In this document: positions 20,208-30,621 of the stretch, one piece after another | How positions within the stretch are numbered: position 1 is the stretch's first letter | How the letters are laid out: every line of letters begins with the position of its first letter | DNA from: an uncultured bacterium | GTDB taxonomy: Bacteria; Cyanobacteriota; Vampirovibrionia; Gastranaerophilales; Gastranaerophilaceae | Reading direction: 5' to 3' | Assembly: GCA_950022495.1 (NCBI GenBank) | Contig: CATLLJ010000003.1 | Span: forward strand, 12,277-76,276 | Length of the DNA: 64,000 nucleotides | Translations under genes and position numbers: made by a program | Notes under the pieces: generated by a model | Database searches by the model: none | What the model was told of the DNA's origin: nothing | Seen by the model: the letters and a program-made list of their open reading frames with translations, nothing else

Positions 20208-20927
20208 ATGCTAAATATATTTATATCCGGTTTAGAAAGACAATCAGGAAAGACGCTTATAACTGCAGGGTTAGCAGGAACAATGCAGAGTTTGAATTAT
20301 TCAACTCGTGTGTTTAAGCCTATCCAGACAAATGCAAATGAGCTAAACGGATTTTCACAATCTCAGGATTTAGCTTTAGTTAAACGTATTGATTCTAACA
20401 TTGAAACAGTTTCCAGTTATATGTTCAAAAGTTCATATTCTCCACTGGTTGGGGCTTATGATGCCGGAATTAAAAATATTGATTTAAACACAATTTATAA
20501 TGATTATTATTCAAATTTGCAGCTTTTCGAATGCAATATTATTGAAGGCTCAAACAGCATATCAACTCCGATTGGTGAAAAGTTTTCAGAAATTGATATT
20601 GTTAAAACTTTAAATATACCATTAGTTCTTGTTGTTAACCCTAAGAAATCAAATATTGATAATGTTATTATGGGTGTTAAGTATATTCAGAATGCAGGTG
20701 TCGCTTTTCAGGGGATTATAGTGATCGATTATGATGAAGATTCTGAAAATCTTGAAGAGAAATATTATCCTGAAATGATAAAAGAATTTACAGGGACACA
20801 GGTTATTGGTACAATTCCGCATTATGATAATGTTGAAGGAATGACTCCGGATACGCTGATTGGTAATATTTTGAACAATGTTAAAATCGAAGAGCTTTTT
20901 GGCGTTAGAATAGCTAAGTTAATTTAA
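20208..20927 (+). CDS. dethiobiotin synthase-like ATPase paralog (degenerate motifs)
   Basis: Colinear with the canonical BioD at 59138..59839. The P-loop is GLERQSGKT versus GTDIGKT, and IIEGSNS replaces IVEGAGG. Confidence 0.45.
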   Translation: MLNIFISGLERQSGKTLITAGLAGTMQSLNYSTRVFKPIQTNANELNGFSQSQDLALVKRIDSNIETVSSYMFKSSYSPLVGAYDAGIKNIDLNTIYNDYYSNLQLFECNIIEGSNSISTPIGEKFSEIDIVKTLNIPLVLVVNPKKSNIDNVIMGVKYIQNAGVAFQGIIVIDYDEDSENLEEKYYPEMIKEFTGTQVIGTIPHYDNVEGMTPDTLIGNILNNVKIEELFGVRIAKLI

Positions 20928-21164
20928 TATTTCATAAAAAAAAGACCTCTTTTTTAGAGGTCAAGGTTGGTTATTTTGGTTATGTTATAGTATTATGTCA
21001 GTTTTTGTAAAACTGTATATAGGTTATTATGTATATTAGGGGAATGTATTTTTAATTTGTTTACATTGTTTTTAATTGTCCTCAAGATTTTGTTTTGCTT
21101 ATTTTATAAGAATTATTTACAAATTTTAACAATTTCCTCTGCGTTTTAATACTATCATGTATGT

Positions 21165-21596
21165 ATGTTTGATAGTATAAGAAAATTTATTTTAGCAAAA
21201 GTTTTTAAAAAGCATTATTGGCGTACCGGTAAATGTAAAGGCTGCGGTCAATGCTGTACCCATATTTATGTCAAACATTTTAAACATGTACTGAAAGATG
21301 AAGAAGAATTTAAGAAATTACAATACCTCCATAAGTTTTATTCTGACTTAGAAATAATTGGTAAAGATGATTTAGGATTGATTTTTGAATGCAAAAATCT
21401 TGATAGAGAGACAAAAAGATGTAAAGTTCACTTCTGGCGTCCGGGAATTTGCAGAAGATATCCGCAGGAAGAACTTTTTGCAATGGGCGGAACTTTATCA
21501 GATGACTGTGGATATAAAATGGAGCCGATAATTCCATTTAAAGATGTCCTAAAAAGTGTTGAGAAAAAACATCGCAAAAAAATTATTCGTTTTTAA
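21165..21596 (+). CDS. YkgJ-family cysteine cluster protein (CxxCxxCC)
   Basis: CKGCGQCC followed by C-x..-RCKVH...PGICRRYP. Confidence 0.65.
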   Translation: MFDSIRKFILAKVFKKHYWRTGKCKGCGQCCTHIYVKHFKHVLKDEEEFKKLQYLHKFYSDLEIIGKDDLGLIFECKNLDRETKRCKVHFWRPGICRRYPQEELFAMGGTLSDDCGYKMEPIIPFKDVLKSVEKKHRKKIIRF

Positions 21597-21679
21597 AAAA
21601 TTATACTTTTATCCAATGTAATTTATGTAAATATACTCCATACTTAGTCATATAGCTAAGTATAGGAGATTATATAACT

Positions 21680-22039
21680 ATGAAAAAGATTTTAATACTT
21701 TCACTTCTGGTTTATTTTTCCGCTCTAATTCCTGTAAAAGGTGCCTGTCCCATAGAAGCTTTACGAAATGGTCAAACAAGTTGTACTGTTGTCTTGCAGG
21801 GACAAAATCAAACAATTAAAGATAAACTTATTCCAAATAATCTTAACCAGATGGTAAATCCTTCAAGGAATATGTCTAATGAGTTCAAAGCACAGCCGCA
21901 TGTAATTCCGGAAACTATTAATACTAACACTCAGTATAATAATCCGGAAAAAGATGAGGGTAATACCCCGTACAATTCTGCCTGTCAGTTTGGTGTCTGT
22001 TTGCCCGGTGAAAGCAGTGGCAGCCAGAATGGCCGTTAG
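21680..22039 (+). CDS. hypothetical secreted protein
   Basis: Signal peptide MKKILILSLLVYFSALIPVKG. AGGAG lies upstream. 119 aa. Confidence 0.5.
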   Translation: MKKILILSLLVYFSALIPVKGACPIEALRNGQTSCTVVLQGQNQTIKDKLIPNNLNQMVNPSRNMSNEFKAQPHVIPETINTNTQYNNPEKDEGNTPYNSACQFGVCLPGESSGSQNGR

Positions 22040-22971
22040 ATAAGATTTTTACCTAGTTTTTCTACCGTTGCTAAATCTTGTTCAGGAGCTTTCCCTACAG
22101 TAGTTAAGTAATTACCTATTAAAATTCCTTCGACACAGGTTTTTAGGGCTAGCTCCTGATTTTTTTCTGAAAGTCTCATTCTGCCGCCGCAAAAACGAAG
22201 TACTGCTTGCGGATTTGTAATTTTAAATACAGCCAGCGTTCTTAAAACATTTTCTTCGTCAATTTTGTCGTGGTAATTTTCAAAAGGTGTTTCAGGAATA
22301 GGCATTAAAATGTTGATTGGAATTGAATTTGGTTCAATTTCAGCAAGTTCCATTGCCATTTCTATACGTTGTTCAATACTTTCTCCCATTCCTAGGATTA
22401 CACCGCAGCAAAGTTCCATTCCATATTTTTTTACTAATTTGCAGGTATTTAGTCTGTCTTCCCATGTATGAGTTGTGCAAACTTCGGGATAATATGATCT
22501 GCAGGTATTTATGTTGTGGTGGAATCGTTTCAAGCCTGTTTGTGCTAATTGTTTTGCCTGTTCTTCATCTAAAATTCCAATTGAAGCACAGGAGTTTAAA
22601 CCCTCTATAGCATTAATTTCTTTTATCATATCGAGTTCAATTTGGAAATCTCTGCCTTCATCAGGAGTCTTTCCGCTTGTAACAATCGCGAAACGTGAAA
22701 CTTTATTTGCTTTTGCTTCTTTTGCAACTTTTTTAACTTCTTCAATATCAACAAGAGGGTAAGATTCAATATTTGTACAGTAGTGTGAACTTTGTGCACA
22801 ATATTTGCAGTTCTGTGAACATTTGCCGTTTCTGGCATTTATCAATGAACAAAATTCAATATTGTTTGACATATATTTTGATGATTCTTTTAATAATTCA
22901 TCAAGTGGTAAATTGTATAAATTTAATAATTCTTCTTTTGTGTAATTCTTTTTTTCTACTGTGCTATTCAT
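22036..22971 (-). CDS. bioB: biotin synthase (radical SAM)
   Basis: CSQNCKYCAQS radical-SAM triad, with the length and downstream blocks of BioB. Confidence 0.85.
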   Translation of the reverse strand: MNSTVEKKNYTKEELLNLYNLPLDELLKESSKYMSNNIEFCSLINARNGKCSQNCKYCAQSSHYCTNIESYPLVDIEEVKKVAKEAKANKVSRFAIVTSGKTPDEGRDFQIELDMIKEINAIEGLNSCASIGILDEEQAKQLAQTGLKRFHHNINTCRSYYPEVCTTHTWEDRLNTCKLVKKYGMELCCGVILGMGESIEQRIEMAMELAEIEPNSIPINILMPIPETPFENYHDKIDEENVLRTLAVFKITNPQAVLRFCGGRMRLSEKNQELALKTCVEGILIGNYLTTVGKAPEQDLATVEKLGKNLI

Positions 22972-23068
22972 ATCCTCTAACCTCTTAACTGTACAAATGT
23001 TATGGTATACCGAAAGTTTTTATATGTCAAATTTATTTGTGTTAAAATTTGAAAAGAGGAGATGATTT

Positions 23069-23881
23069 ATGACCGGAATTTTAAATATACAAATCAAACC
23101 AACTATTGGTAATAAAGAGCTTAATCTAAAGAAGATAGAATATTATATAAAAAAGTATTCTGATAAAAAGTTAGATTTGGTGGTTTTTCCTGAATTCTTT
23201 TCCACAGGTATTTCTCATGAACAATTCATTAATTATCCAGAGGATGGAAATGGCGGCGATACTATAAAGTTTATTCAAGAGCTTGCTAAGCAATATAACA
23301 CTAATATTATTGCCGGTACTGTCATAGAAAAATCCGGTGATAAATTATATAATACATCCTTTATTATTGATAGAAACGGCAACATTATTGATAAATATCG
23401 TAAAATACACCTGTTCAATTATATGGGCGGCACTGAAGGTGAAAGAATTACGGCAGGTGATAGAGAAGTTGTTGTAGATTTTGATTTTGGAAGAGTGGGT
23501 TTAGGTATTTGTTTTGATATAAGATATCCGCTTCATTATAACAAGCTTATTAAAATGGGGGCGGATATGATTGTTCTACCTACCGCATGGGCAATTCCAA
23601 ACGAAATTTACGATGACCCGAAAACATTGCAGTATGCTCAGGAAATGTGGATTGCAATGAACAGAACCAGAGCTTATGACAATATGGTTTATGTGATTTC
23701 AAGCAACCAGACAAAGCGTGCAAATGATATGTATAGTTCAATAGGTCAGTCTTTGATTATTTCGCCGGCTGCTGAAATTCTTGCAAATGCGAAAAATGAT
23801 GAGTGTGCAATTTATGCCGATATTGATTTAGATTTAGTTAAATATTATCGTCAAATTTATCCGATTGCACAGATTGATTAG
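23069..23881 (+). CDS. carbon-nitrogen hydrolase (nitrilase superfamily) protein
   Basis: E-K-C triad context: VVFPEFF, YRKIHLF and LGICFDIRYP. Confidence 0.8.
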   Translation: MTGILNIQIKPTIGNKELNLKKIEYYIKKYSDKKLDLVVFPEFFSTGISHEQFINYPEDGNGGDTIKFIQELAKQYNTNIIAGTVIEKSGDKLYNTSFIIDRNGNIIDKYRKIHLFNYMGGTEGERITAGDREVVVDFDFGRVGLGICFDIRYPLHYNKLIKMGADMIVLPTAWAIPNEIYDDPKTLQYAQEMWIAMNRTRAYDNMVYVISSNQTKRANDMYSSIGQSLIISPAAEILANAKNDECAIYADIDLDLVKYYRQIYPIAQID

Positions 23882-23884
23882 GTT

Positions 23885-25003
23885 TTATATACCTAAAAAC
23901 ATTCTTGTATTTGCTTCATTGTTGATTTTTTTGATTAGAATTTTCAAGATGTGTAAAGTTAACAACGATAGTGCTGTTACCATTGTAAATCTTAAAGATA
24001 CACTTGCAATTGTTGTTAAATAGTTGCTTGTGTTAACAGGTATTACATTAAGTACGTGGAATATTTGATTGTATATAAATAACCAGTACCAGTGGATAAA
24101 GAATAATCCAAAACTGTATTTTGCTATAAAATCAAGTGTTTTATTAGTTTTTTCGTGCGATAGTATAAAGTTGTCATAATGTTTTAGATAGCCCAGTAAA
24201 AGCATTGTCAAAAATGTTTTTGAAATTGTGTAGTTGCAATAAATTTGTTTATATGACAGATAAATATCCAATAAACTTGATGCAATCATTAAACCCCATA
24301 GTAAAAATCTATTGTTATAAAATTTATCAATAACGTTTTTATTTTTAGAACAATACATACCAAATACATATAGAGCAAAGAAGTGTACAAATCCTAAAAG
24401 TATGTAATTTACATAAGTAAGGTATTTTGCACCAAAACTCAATCCCATTACTGTTTCATATTCAATATCACCTCTTGGAAATAAAATTGTTATTAAAAAC
24501 ATAACCGGTAAAAGTTTATAAAGAATATTTTTCTTTTCAAGTTTTAACAGCAGCCATGAACACAAAAAGAACAGTACAATCATAGGAATGAACCAAGTTG
24601 GCACATTGTGAACTCTGCCGATTGACAATAAAACCGGAATTTGGATTAGCGGATTAATTCCTGCAAATGTGTTTTTATATGCAATCGGGCAGTATAAACA
24701 AAATAACAGTCCTGGAATTGCGGTTATAAGATAAGGTAATATTACATTTGTCCATTTTTTTGAAAGATAATTTTTATATTCAAATTTAGATGATAAATGT
24801 TGGAATAAAAATCCTGAAATGAAAATGAACAGAGTTGTTCCTCCGCAGATTATTTCGCAATTTGCAATATGAGCCAGACTTGAAGGTGCTCCAAATTGCA
24901 TAGTGTGTCCCATTATGATTAGCAAAATCGCAAGTCCGCGAAATACATTTATATAATTTAGAAATTGTTTTTTAGGTTTTTCTGTTATTGCATTTGTTCC
25001 CAT
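23885..25003 (-). CDS. acyltransferase family 3 membrane protein
   Basis: About 10 TM helices. N-terminal FRGLAILLIIMGH motif. Confidence 0.7.
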   Translation of the reverse strand: MGTNAITEKPKKQFLNYINVFRGLAILLIIMGHTMQFGAPSSLAHIANCEIICGGTTLFIFISGFLFQHLSSKFEYKNYLSKKWTNVILPYLITAIPGLLFCLYCPIAYKNTFAGINPLIQIPVLLSIGRVHNVPTWFIPMIVLFFLCSWLLLKLEKKNILYKLLPVMFLITILFPRGDIEYETVMGLSFGAKYLTYVNYILLGFVHFFALYVFGMYCSKNKNVIDKFYNNRFLLWGLMIASSLLDIYLSYKQIYCNYTISKTFLTMLLLGYLKHYDNFILSHEKTNKTLDFIAKYSFGLFFIHWYWLFIYNQIFHVLNVIPVNTSNYLTTIASVSLRFTMVTALSLLTLHILKILIKKINNEANTRMFLGI

Positions 25004-25014
25004 TTATCCTCCTT

Positions 25015-27045
25015 TTACAACTTAAGCCATAGTACTTGATATGGTGCAATTCTTAAGTGCATAGTTCTGTTTTGCAATGATATATTTACTTTTACATCAT
25101 CACCATTAATTAGATTTTTTAAACTGGTTATACGTCCGTTATTTTTTAATATTATATTTGGCGGTAATGTTATTTCTGCAATCAATTTATCTTTAGATAA
25201 ATTATTTATCACAAGGATTTGCTGTTCTTTATTTTTCCGAATATAGCAGAAATTATTTTCGGATTTTGTTTTTAGTATTTCAAAATCGCCGTTTACCATT
25301 ACAGGTAAAGTTTTTCTTATCGCTATTAAGTTTTTGATTTTTTTGTATACTTTAGAATTGAACTCATAATAACCTTTTGTTGAACCGTAGAAGAGTTTTT
25401 GAGGAACTTCTCCTCTATTTATATCTCTGGAATCAAAACCTGAAGATAAGTTTTTTGACTTTTTTAATCTATGGTACTGTTGTTTTTTTGCATTTTCAAA
25501 GTTATTTGCAACTCCGACCTCATCTCCGTAATAAATTATTGGAATTCCGGGTACAGAAAATAGCATAGCAAATGCCTGTTCAATTCTATTTGGATTTTTG
25601 TCCAGAAAGTTTGCAAGTCTTCCGCTTACGCCAAATCCGTTTCTAAAGTTAGCCCCTTTAGTTACTAAATCTTGAAATATGATATTTCTTACTTCTGGAC
25701 TAACCATTTCCAGTGTTAATTCATCGTGTACTCTTAAAAAGTTGCCCCATACTGCACTTTTAGGAATTGCCGGAGTCTTTTTATATGCTTCAATAAAATA
25801 TTTTTTATCGCCGGTAACCATACTTGCCCAAAGTGCATTCATATAAGGAAAATGATATGCAATTTGAGCCTCGGATGTTCTTTTAAATTTAATGTTCTCG
25901 TTATCAATTTTTGTTTCTACTTCTCTATCTTTACCAAAGTATGGAAGAATATCTTTTGGTGTCTGACAGGCTTCTACCTGTATAACTGATGATGGTGCTG
26001 TCAATTGAATATAATCACTTAATAAATTAATAATTGCATGAGTTTTTGGCTGGTTTTCTGCATTTGTGCCGGCTTCTTTTGATAAATATGGTATTGCATC
26101 CATTCTAAAAATATCAATTCCAAGATTTGCCCAGTTAGAAATTGTATCAAGCATATAATATAGAACTTCCGGATTTTCCCAGTTTATATCTAACTGGAAA
26201 GGGTAAAATGTGTGGTAAAGAAAATAATCTTTGCCGTTTATTGTTATCTTTCGATAATTATTTTCGGTATTTTCCGGAAAAATCAATCTGCGTTTTGAAA
26301 TTTTGCCGTCATCTTCTTGATATTCGATTACTGTTCCGAGTTTTTCGTCTACATATTTTGTATATTCAGGCATTTGTTCTTTGTATATGAAATAATCTAA
26401 ATAAGTTAAATCGCCAGCTTCAAGTTTTTTGAACCATTCATGTTCATCTGATAGGTGGTTTAATACTAAATCAGCTTTGATTTTAAATCCTCTTTTTTTT
26501 GCATCGGTTACGAAATTTTTGAATTCTGCCATTCCGCCGAGTTCGTTTCGTACTTTTCTTGGATTTTTTACATCAAATCCCGCATCTTTCATCGGACTGT
26601 CTGCAAAAGGCAGCATATACAATGTTGTTACTCCTAAGTTTTGGAGGTAATTAAACATAGTTCGGGTATCTTTGAATGTATTTGATGAGTTTTGTTTTAC
26701 AATGCCAAACTGATCTACATAAAACATATAAATAATTTCATCTTTGTACCAGTCTGTTTTTCGTGTTTTATCTTGAAGTTTTAAATCATTAGACCGTGCA
26801 TTTATTGCATTGTTTGCATGTATTAGGACATTATTATATATTTCATCTGCGTTTTGTTTGCCATAAATCAGATTTATGGCTTCTTTCATTTCTTTTTTTA
26901 ATTTATTAGACACATCAATTTGTTCTGCGGTATTTTGATCTGTTGTAATTTCAACCTCTACAATACTTTCTGCTGCTGAAATAGGAGAAAGTATCAATCC
27001 TGATATTAAAAATGCTGTAAGTGAAGTTATGATAGTTTTTTTCAT
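25015..27045 (-). CDS. secreted alpha-amylase family (GH13) glycosidase
   Basis: Signal peptide. GH13 regions DLVLNHLS, IFRMDAIPYL, a catalytic Glu region (QVEAC) and LRVHDE. Confidence 0.75.
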   Translation of the reverse strand: MKKTIITSLTAFLISGLILSPISAAESIVEVEITTDQNTAEQIDVSNKLKKEMKEAINLIYGKQNADEIYNNVLIHANNAINARSNDLKLQDKTRKTDWYKDEIIYMFYVDQFGIVKQNSSNTFKDTRTMFNYLQNLGVTTLYMLPFADSPMKDAGFDVKNPRKVRNELGGMAEFKNFVTDAKKRGFKIKADLVLNHLSDEHEWFKKLEAGDLTYLDYFIYKEQMPEYTKYVDEKLGTVIEYQEDDGKISKRRLIFPENTENNYRKITINGKDYFLYHTFYPFQLDINWENPEVLYYMLDTISNWANLGIDIFRMDAIPYLSKEAGTNAENQPKTHAIINLLSDYIQLTAPSSVIQVEACQTPKDILPYFGKDREVETKIDNENIKFKRTSEAQIAYHFPYMNALWASMVTGDKKYFIEAYKKTPAIPKSAVWGNFLRVHDELTLEMVSPEVRNIIFQDLVTKGANFRNGFGVSGRLANFLDKNPNRIEQAFAMLFSVPGIPIIYYGDEVGVANNFENAKKQQYHRLKKSKNLSSGFDSRDINRGEVPQKLFYGSTKGYYEFNSKVYKKIKNLIAIRKTLPVMVNGDFEILKTKSENNFCYIRKNKEQQILVINNLSKDKLIAEITLPPNIILKNNGRITSLKNLINGDDVKVNISLQNRTMHLRIAPYQVLWLKL

Positions 27046-27047
27046 AA

Positions 27048-29978
27048 TTAATATTCCCTAAAAAGTTTTAACTGTTCTGAATTGTCTTTTTCTTTAAATT
27101 CTTTATCAAACTTGCTGAGATTTAACAAATCTTGTTCAATTTTTTCTAAAAATGGTGATATTGGCAGATTTTTATAGCCTCCAATCCATTTTCTTTTTTC
27201 TGCTCGTGAAAGGAATAGTCTTTCTTTTGTACGTGTCATACCAACATACAAAAGCCGCCTTTCTTCTTCAATTTCATTAGTAGTTTTTGCACGATATAGC
27301 GGCAGTATCTCATTTTCTAGTCCTGCTATAAATACACATTTAAATTCCAGCCCCTTTGAAGAGTGTAAGGTCATTAATGTTATTCTTTCCGCTCTTTTAT
27401 CTAACGTGTCGGCTTCTGTTAATAACGAAACTTCGTGCATAAATTCATTTTTATCATTATGATTTTCTGAGATATTTATTAAATATTTCAGGATATAATC
27501 GTCAATTTTTTCTTTATAAATGTTAGAAAGCATTTCAAGTTGATTTTTTACAGGCTCATCTTCATTTAATTGATTTAACATCTCTCTAACATATTTTTTC
27601 TCACAGAGTAAATCATTGGATAATTTTACATAAGGCATTCCTGTTCTATTTAGAGCTTCTATTATTGGAGGAAGCTGAGAGGATGTTCTGTATAGAATTG
27701 CAAAATCTGAAAAGTCATAATTCCCATAACCTTCAGACCTATCTGAATCAATAGAGAAAAAGTTATGACCGCCTATAAGATTTTCTATTGTGCTGGCTAT
27801 AAATTCTGCTTCTGCTTTATCTGTTGGTGCTGTGTGGATGGTAATTTTTTCATGTGGTTTGTCATATACAGAAATAATGTTATAGCTATTAATCATTTGA
27901 TTTGATGCATCAACAATACTGTTTGTTGAACGATAATTATTTTTTAGATTAATTATTCTTGTTTTAGGATAATCCAGTGTAAAGTTGTTGAAAAATTTTG
28001 CACTTCCACCTCTAAATCCGTAGATAGCCTGATTTGGGTCTCCGATTGCAAAAATGTTTCCGTTCTCAGGAACAAGAAGCTTTATTAATTTATACTGATT
28101 TTCATCAATATCTTGATATTCGTCAATGAGAACATATTTGAACATATTCCGGTAATCATTTAAAATATCATTGTTTTCAGATAATAATTTAACGCTTAGT
28201 TCAATAAGTTCATCAAAATTAAGTGCATTATTAATTAATTCCTGATTTTCGCATAATTCTTTTTCTTTTTCGCTCATTACTATAAAGTTTTCATTTAAAC
28301 CTGCTTGCTTATAGTTTTGCTTTAATATTGAAAAACAAAGCGAGTGGAATGTATGAATATTCAGTGCTGAAGATTTTTGAGAGATAACTTTTTGCAGTCG
28401 TTCTTCCATTTCGTTAGCAGCTTTTTTTGTGAAAGTAATTGCCAGAAAATTCTCAGGTTTAATTCCGCACTCAGAAATCAAATATCCAATATGCTGTGTA
28501 AGTACGGTTGTTTTTCCTGAACCCGGTCCTGCAACTATTAAAATTTGTTGTTCTGTATTTTTTACAGCACTTTTTTGAAATTCATCAAGTCCATAATTTT
28601 TATTTTGGACGACGATTTCTTTTTCTTGAATATTTTCGAGCGGTTCATTTATTTCTGTAAAATTAGGCGTTTTAGTTTGTGCCGGTTGAGTTTCTTCTGG
28701 AAGATTAAGATTTAGTTTCAAATTTATAAAATTTTTTTTTACCAGTTCATTTTCTTCAAATAATCTGATAACTCCATATTCTCCATCATAACCGGCATGT
28801 TTTATAACCTGTCCGTTTCTTAATCTTGATATGCCTTCCCCTAAAAGCGTATCATCTTTAGATATTTCATCTGTTGGAATATCTTGTAATATCGCAAGTT
28901 CAGAACCAAATTTATTAATTAATCTTTCATATTCATTTACAACTTTTTTACTAGATGGTCCGACATTCAATATTTCAGACAAAATTTCTTGAAGCGGTAC
29001 CAGACTGAATACCTGTCCTGCAGTTTCCGGCGGAGTTATAATCGTTTTTCTGTCAGACAGTTCGTTTACTCTATATGAAACCCCAATTGTCATTGGTTTG
29101 CCGCAAACAGGACAAATTCCATTTAGTTTTTTAGTTTCCTCCGGTGTTAAACACACATTACACTTGCGGTGTCCGTCTTCGTGATATTTCCCTTCTTCCG
29201 GAAAGAATTCTACTGTTCCGACATATCCGTCCCCTGTTTTTAAGGCGTTCATCATGCTGTAATAATCCGGATTGTGGTCAAATACAGTGGCTTCTCTTGC
29301 AAGTTTTGAAGGAGAATGTGCATCAGAGTTTGATACAAGGCGGAATCTGTCTAATTTTGATACGTGCCAGTTCATTTCTGGATCAGATGATAATCCTGTT
29401 TCAACTGCGAAAATATTAGGGGATAAGTCTTCATAGCATTCTTCTATTGAATCAAATCCTGATTTAGAGCCAAGTACAGAAAACCATGGTGTCCAAATGT
29501 GTGCCGGTATTATATATGAATTTTCTCCTGATTCAAGAACCGTTTCAAGTAAATTTCTTGAATCTAATCCAAGTATTGGTCTGCCGTCTGATTTTATATT
29601 TCCTATAGCATCAAGTTTATTTCTGAAATTTTCTGCTGAATTTAAATTTGGGACGAATACTACGTGGTGAACTTTTCTTGTTTTATCACCTTTTTTGTAG
29701 ATTGTTGAAATTTCAACCGACAATATAAATTTTACAGGAGTTTCACCTTTGAATATTTCTTTTTCAATATCCGGACGTAGTCTAAAAGTTCCATCATCAT
29801 AAGGGATAAGTTTTTCTTTTATTTCGTTAAACCATGCAGGATGAGTAAAATCTCCGGTTGAAATCAGGCTGAGCCCTTTTTTCTTTGCCCACAATGCAAG
29901 TTCTTCAAGATTACAATTTTTGCTTGTTGCTCTTGAGTACTTTGAATGTATATGTAAATCTGTATAATGAAGCATCAT
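27048..29978 (-). CDS. fusion protein: EndoQ-like PHP-domain nuclease (TIGR00375 type) plus UvrD/PcrA-type superfamily 1 helicase
   Basis: The N-terminal ~420 aa carry YTDLHIHSKYSRATS (PHP) and the zinc finger CNVC...CPVCGKPMTIGV. The C-terminal ~510 aa carry AGPGSGKTTVL, DEYQD, GDPNQAIYGFRG, the YRS motif and LMTLHSSKGLEF...LLYVGMTR. Confidence 0.7.
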   Translation of the reverse strand: MMLHYTDLHIHSKYSRATSKNCNLEELALWAKKKGLSLISTGDFTHPAWFNEIKEKLIPYDDGTFRLRPDIEKEIFKGETPVKFILSVEISTIYKKGDKTRKVHHVVFVPNLNSAENFRNKLDAIGNIKSDGRPILGLDSRNLLETVLESGENSYIIPAHIWTPWFSVLGSKSGFDSIEECYEDLSPNIFAVETGLSSDPEMNWHVSKLDRFRLVSNSDAHSPSKLAREATVFDHNPDYYSMMNALKTGDGYVGTVEFFPEEGKYHEDGHRKCNVCLTPEETKKLNGICPVCGKPMTIGVSYRVNELSDRKTIITPPETAGQVFSLVPLQEILSEILNVGPSSKKVVNEYERLINKFGSELAILQDIPTDEISKDDTLLGEGISRLRNGQVIKHAGYDGEYGVIRLFEENELVKKNFINLKLNLNLPEETQPAQTKTPNFTEINEPLENIQEKEIVVQNKNYGLDEFQKSAVKNTEQQILIVAGPGSGKTTVLTQHIGYLISECGIKPENFLAITFTKKAANEMEERLQKVISQKSSALNIHTFHSLCFSILKQNYKQAGLNENFIVMSEKEKELCENQELINNALNFDELIELSVKLLSENNDILNDYRNMFKYVLIDEYQDIDENQYKLIKLLVPENGNIFAIGDPNQAIYGFRGGSAKFFNNFTLDYPKTRIINLKNNYRSTNSIVDASNQMINSYNIISVYDKPHEKITIHTAPTDKAEAEFIASTIENLIGGHNFFSIDSDRSEGYGNYDFSDFAILYRTSSQLPPIIEALNRTGMPYVKLSNDLLCEKKYVREMLNQLNEDEPVKNQLEMLSNIYKEKIDDYILKYLINISENHNDKNEFMHEVSLLTEADTLDKRAERITLMTLHSSKGLEFKCVFIAGLENEILPLYRAKTTNEIEEERRLLYVGMTRTKERLFLSRAEKRKWIGGYKNLPISPFLEKIEQDLLNLSKFDKEFKEKDNSEQLKLFREY

Positions 29979-30125
29979 ATCCCCTTTAAAGTTGAACTTT
30001 TAGTTAGGCTTATAAACACCTATTAATCCAATATAGTAATATTATCACAAATGAAATATGTTTGTAAGGATTATTTGTTGTAAAATGTTTTAGGAAGAGA
30101 ATTATAAATTTATGGAGGGATAATT

Positions 30126-30539
30126 ATGGAATTTTTTGGAAAGTTAATTGGTTTTGCAATTTTGGGTGGTATTGCATATTTATGTTTTAAAAATAAAGGT
30201 TTTCATCCAGATTTGTTTGAACTGGATGATGGTGAAGAAATTAAAGAAATGGTTAAAGGTGATTACTGGAAAAAAGAGTTTTTATGGCAGGAATCTCAAA
30301 ATACAGGAGAGTTTGCTTTTACAAATAAGCGAATATTATTTAAAGGTACTCTTTTAGTCTCAGCAGATAAATATGTAAGTATTCCATATACTGATATTGC
30401 TAATATCAAAAAATCTTTTGTTGGATTAATGTTTCCTGTGGCATTTACTATAACCACCAAAGATGAAAAAAAATATAAATTTGCGGTAATGAAACGTGAT
30501 AAATATATAGATTTGATAAATTCATATATTGAAAAGTAA
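30126..30539 (+). CDS. hypothetical membrane-anchored protein (possible bacterial PH/GRAM-like fold)
   Basis: 137 aa with an N-terminal TM followed by a beta-rich domain. Confidence 0.4.
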   Translation: MEFFGKLIGFAILGGIAYLCFKNKGFHPDLFELDDGEEIKEMVKGDYWKKEFLWQESQNTGEFAFTNKRILFKGTLLVSADKYVSIPYTDIANIKKSFVGLMFPVAFTITTKDEKKYKFAVMKRDKYIDLINSYIEK

Positions 30540-30551
30540 TAATATTTTAAA

Positions 30552-30586
30552 AATAAGAGGATAAATTTTATCCTCTTATTTTTTCA
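30552..30586 (+). terminator. rho-independent terminator
   Basis: AATAAGAGGAT-aaaatttt-ATCCTCTTATT followed by TTTT. Confidence 0.7.
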
Positions 30587-30621
30587 ATGAAATATATTAG
30601 TTCTGTTCAAATATATCTTCA

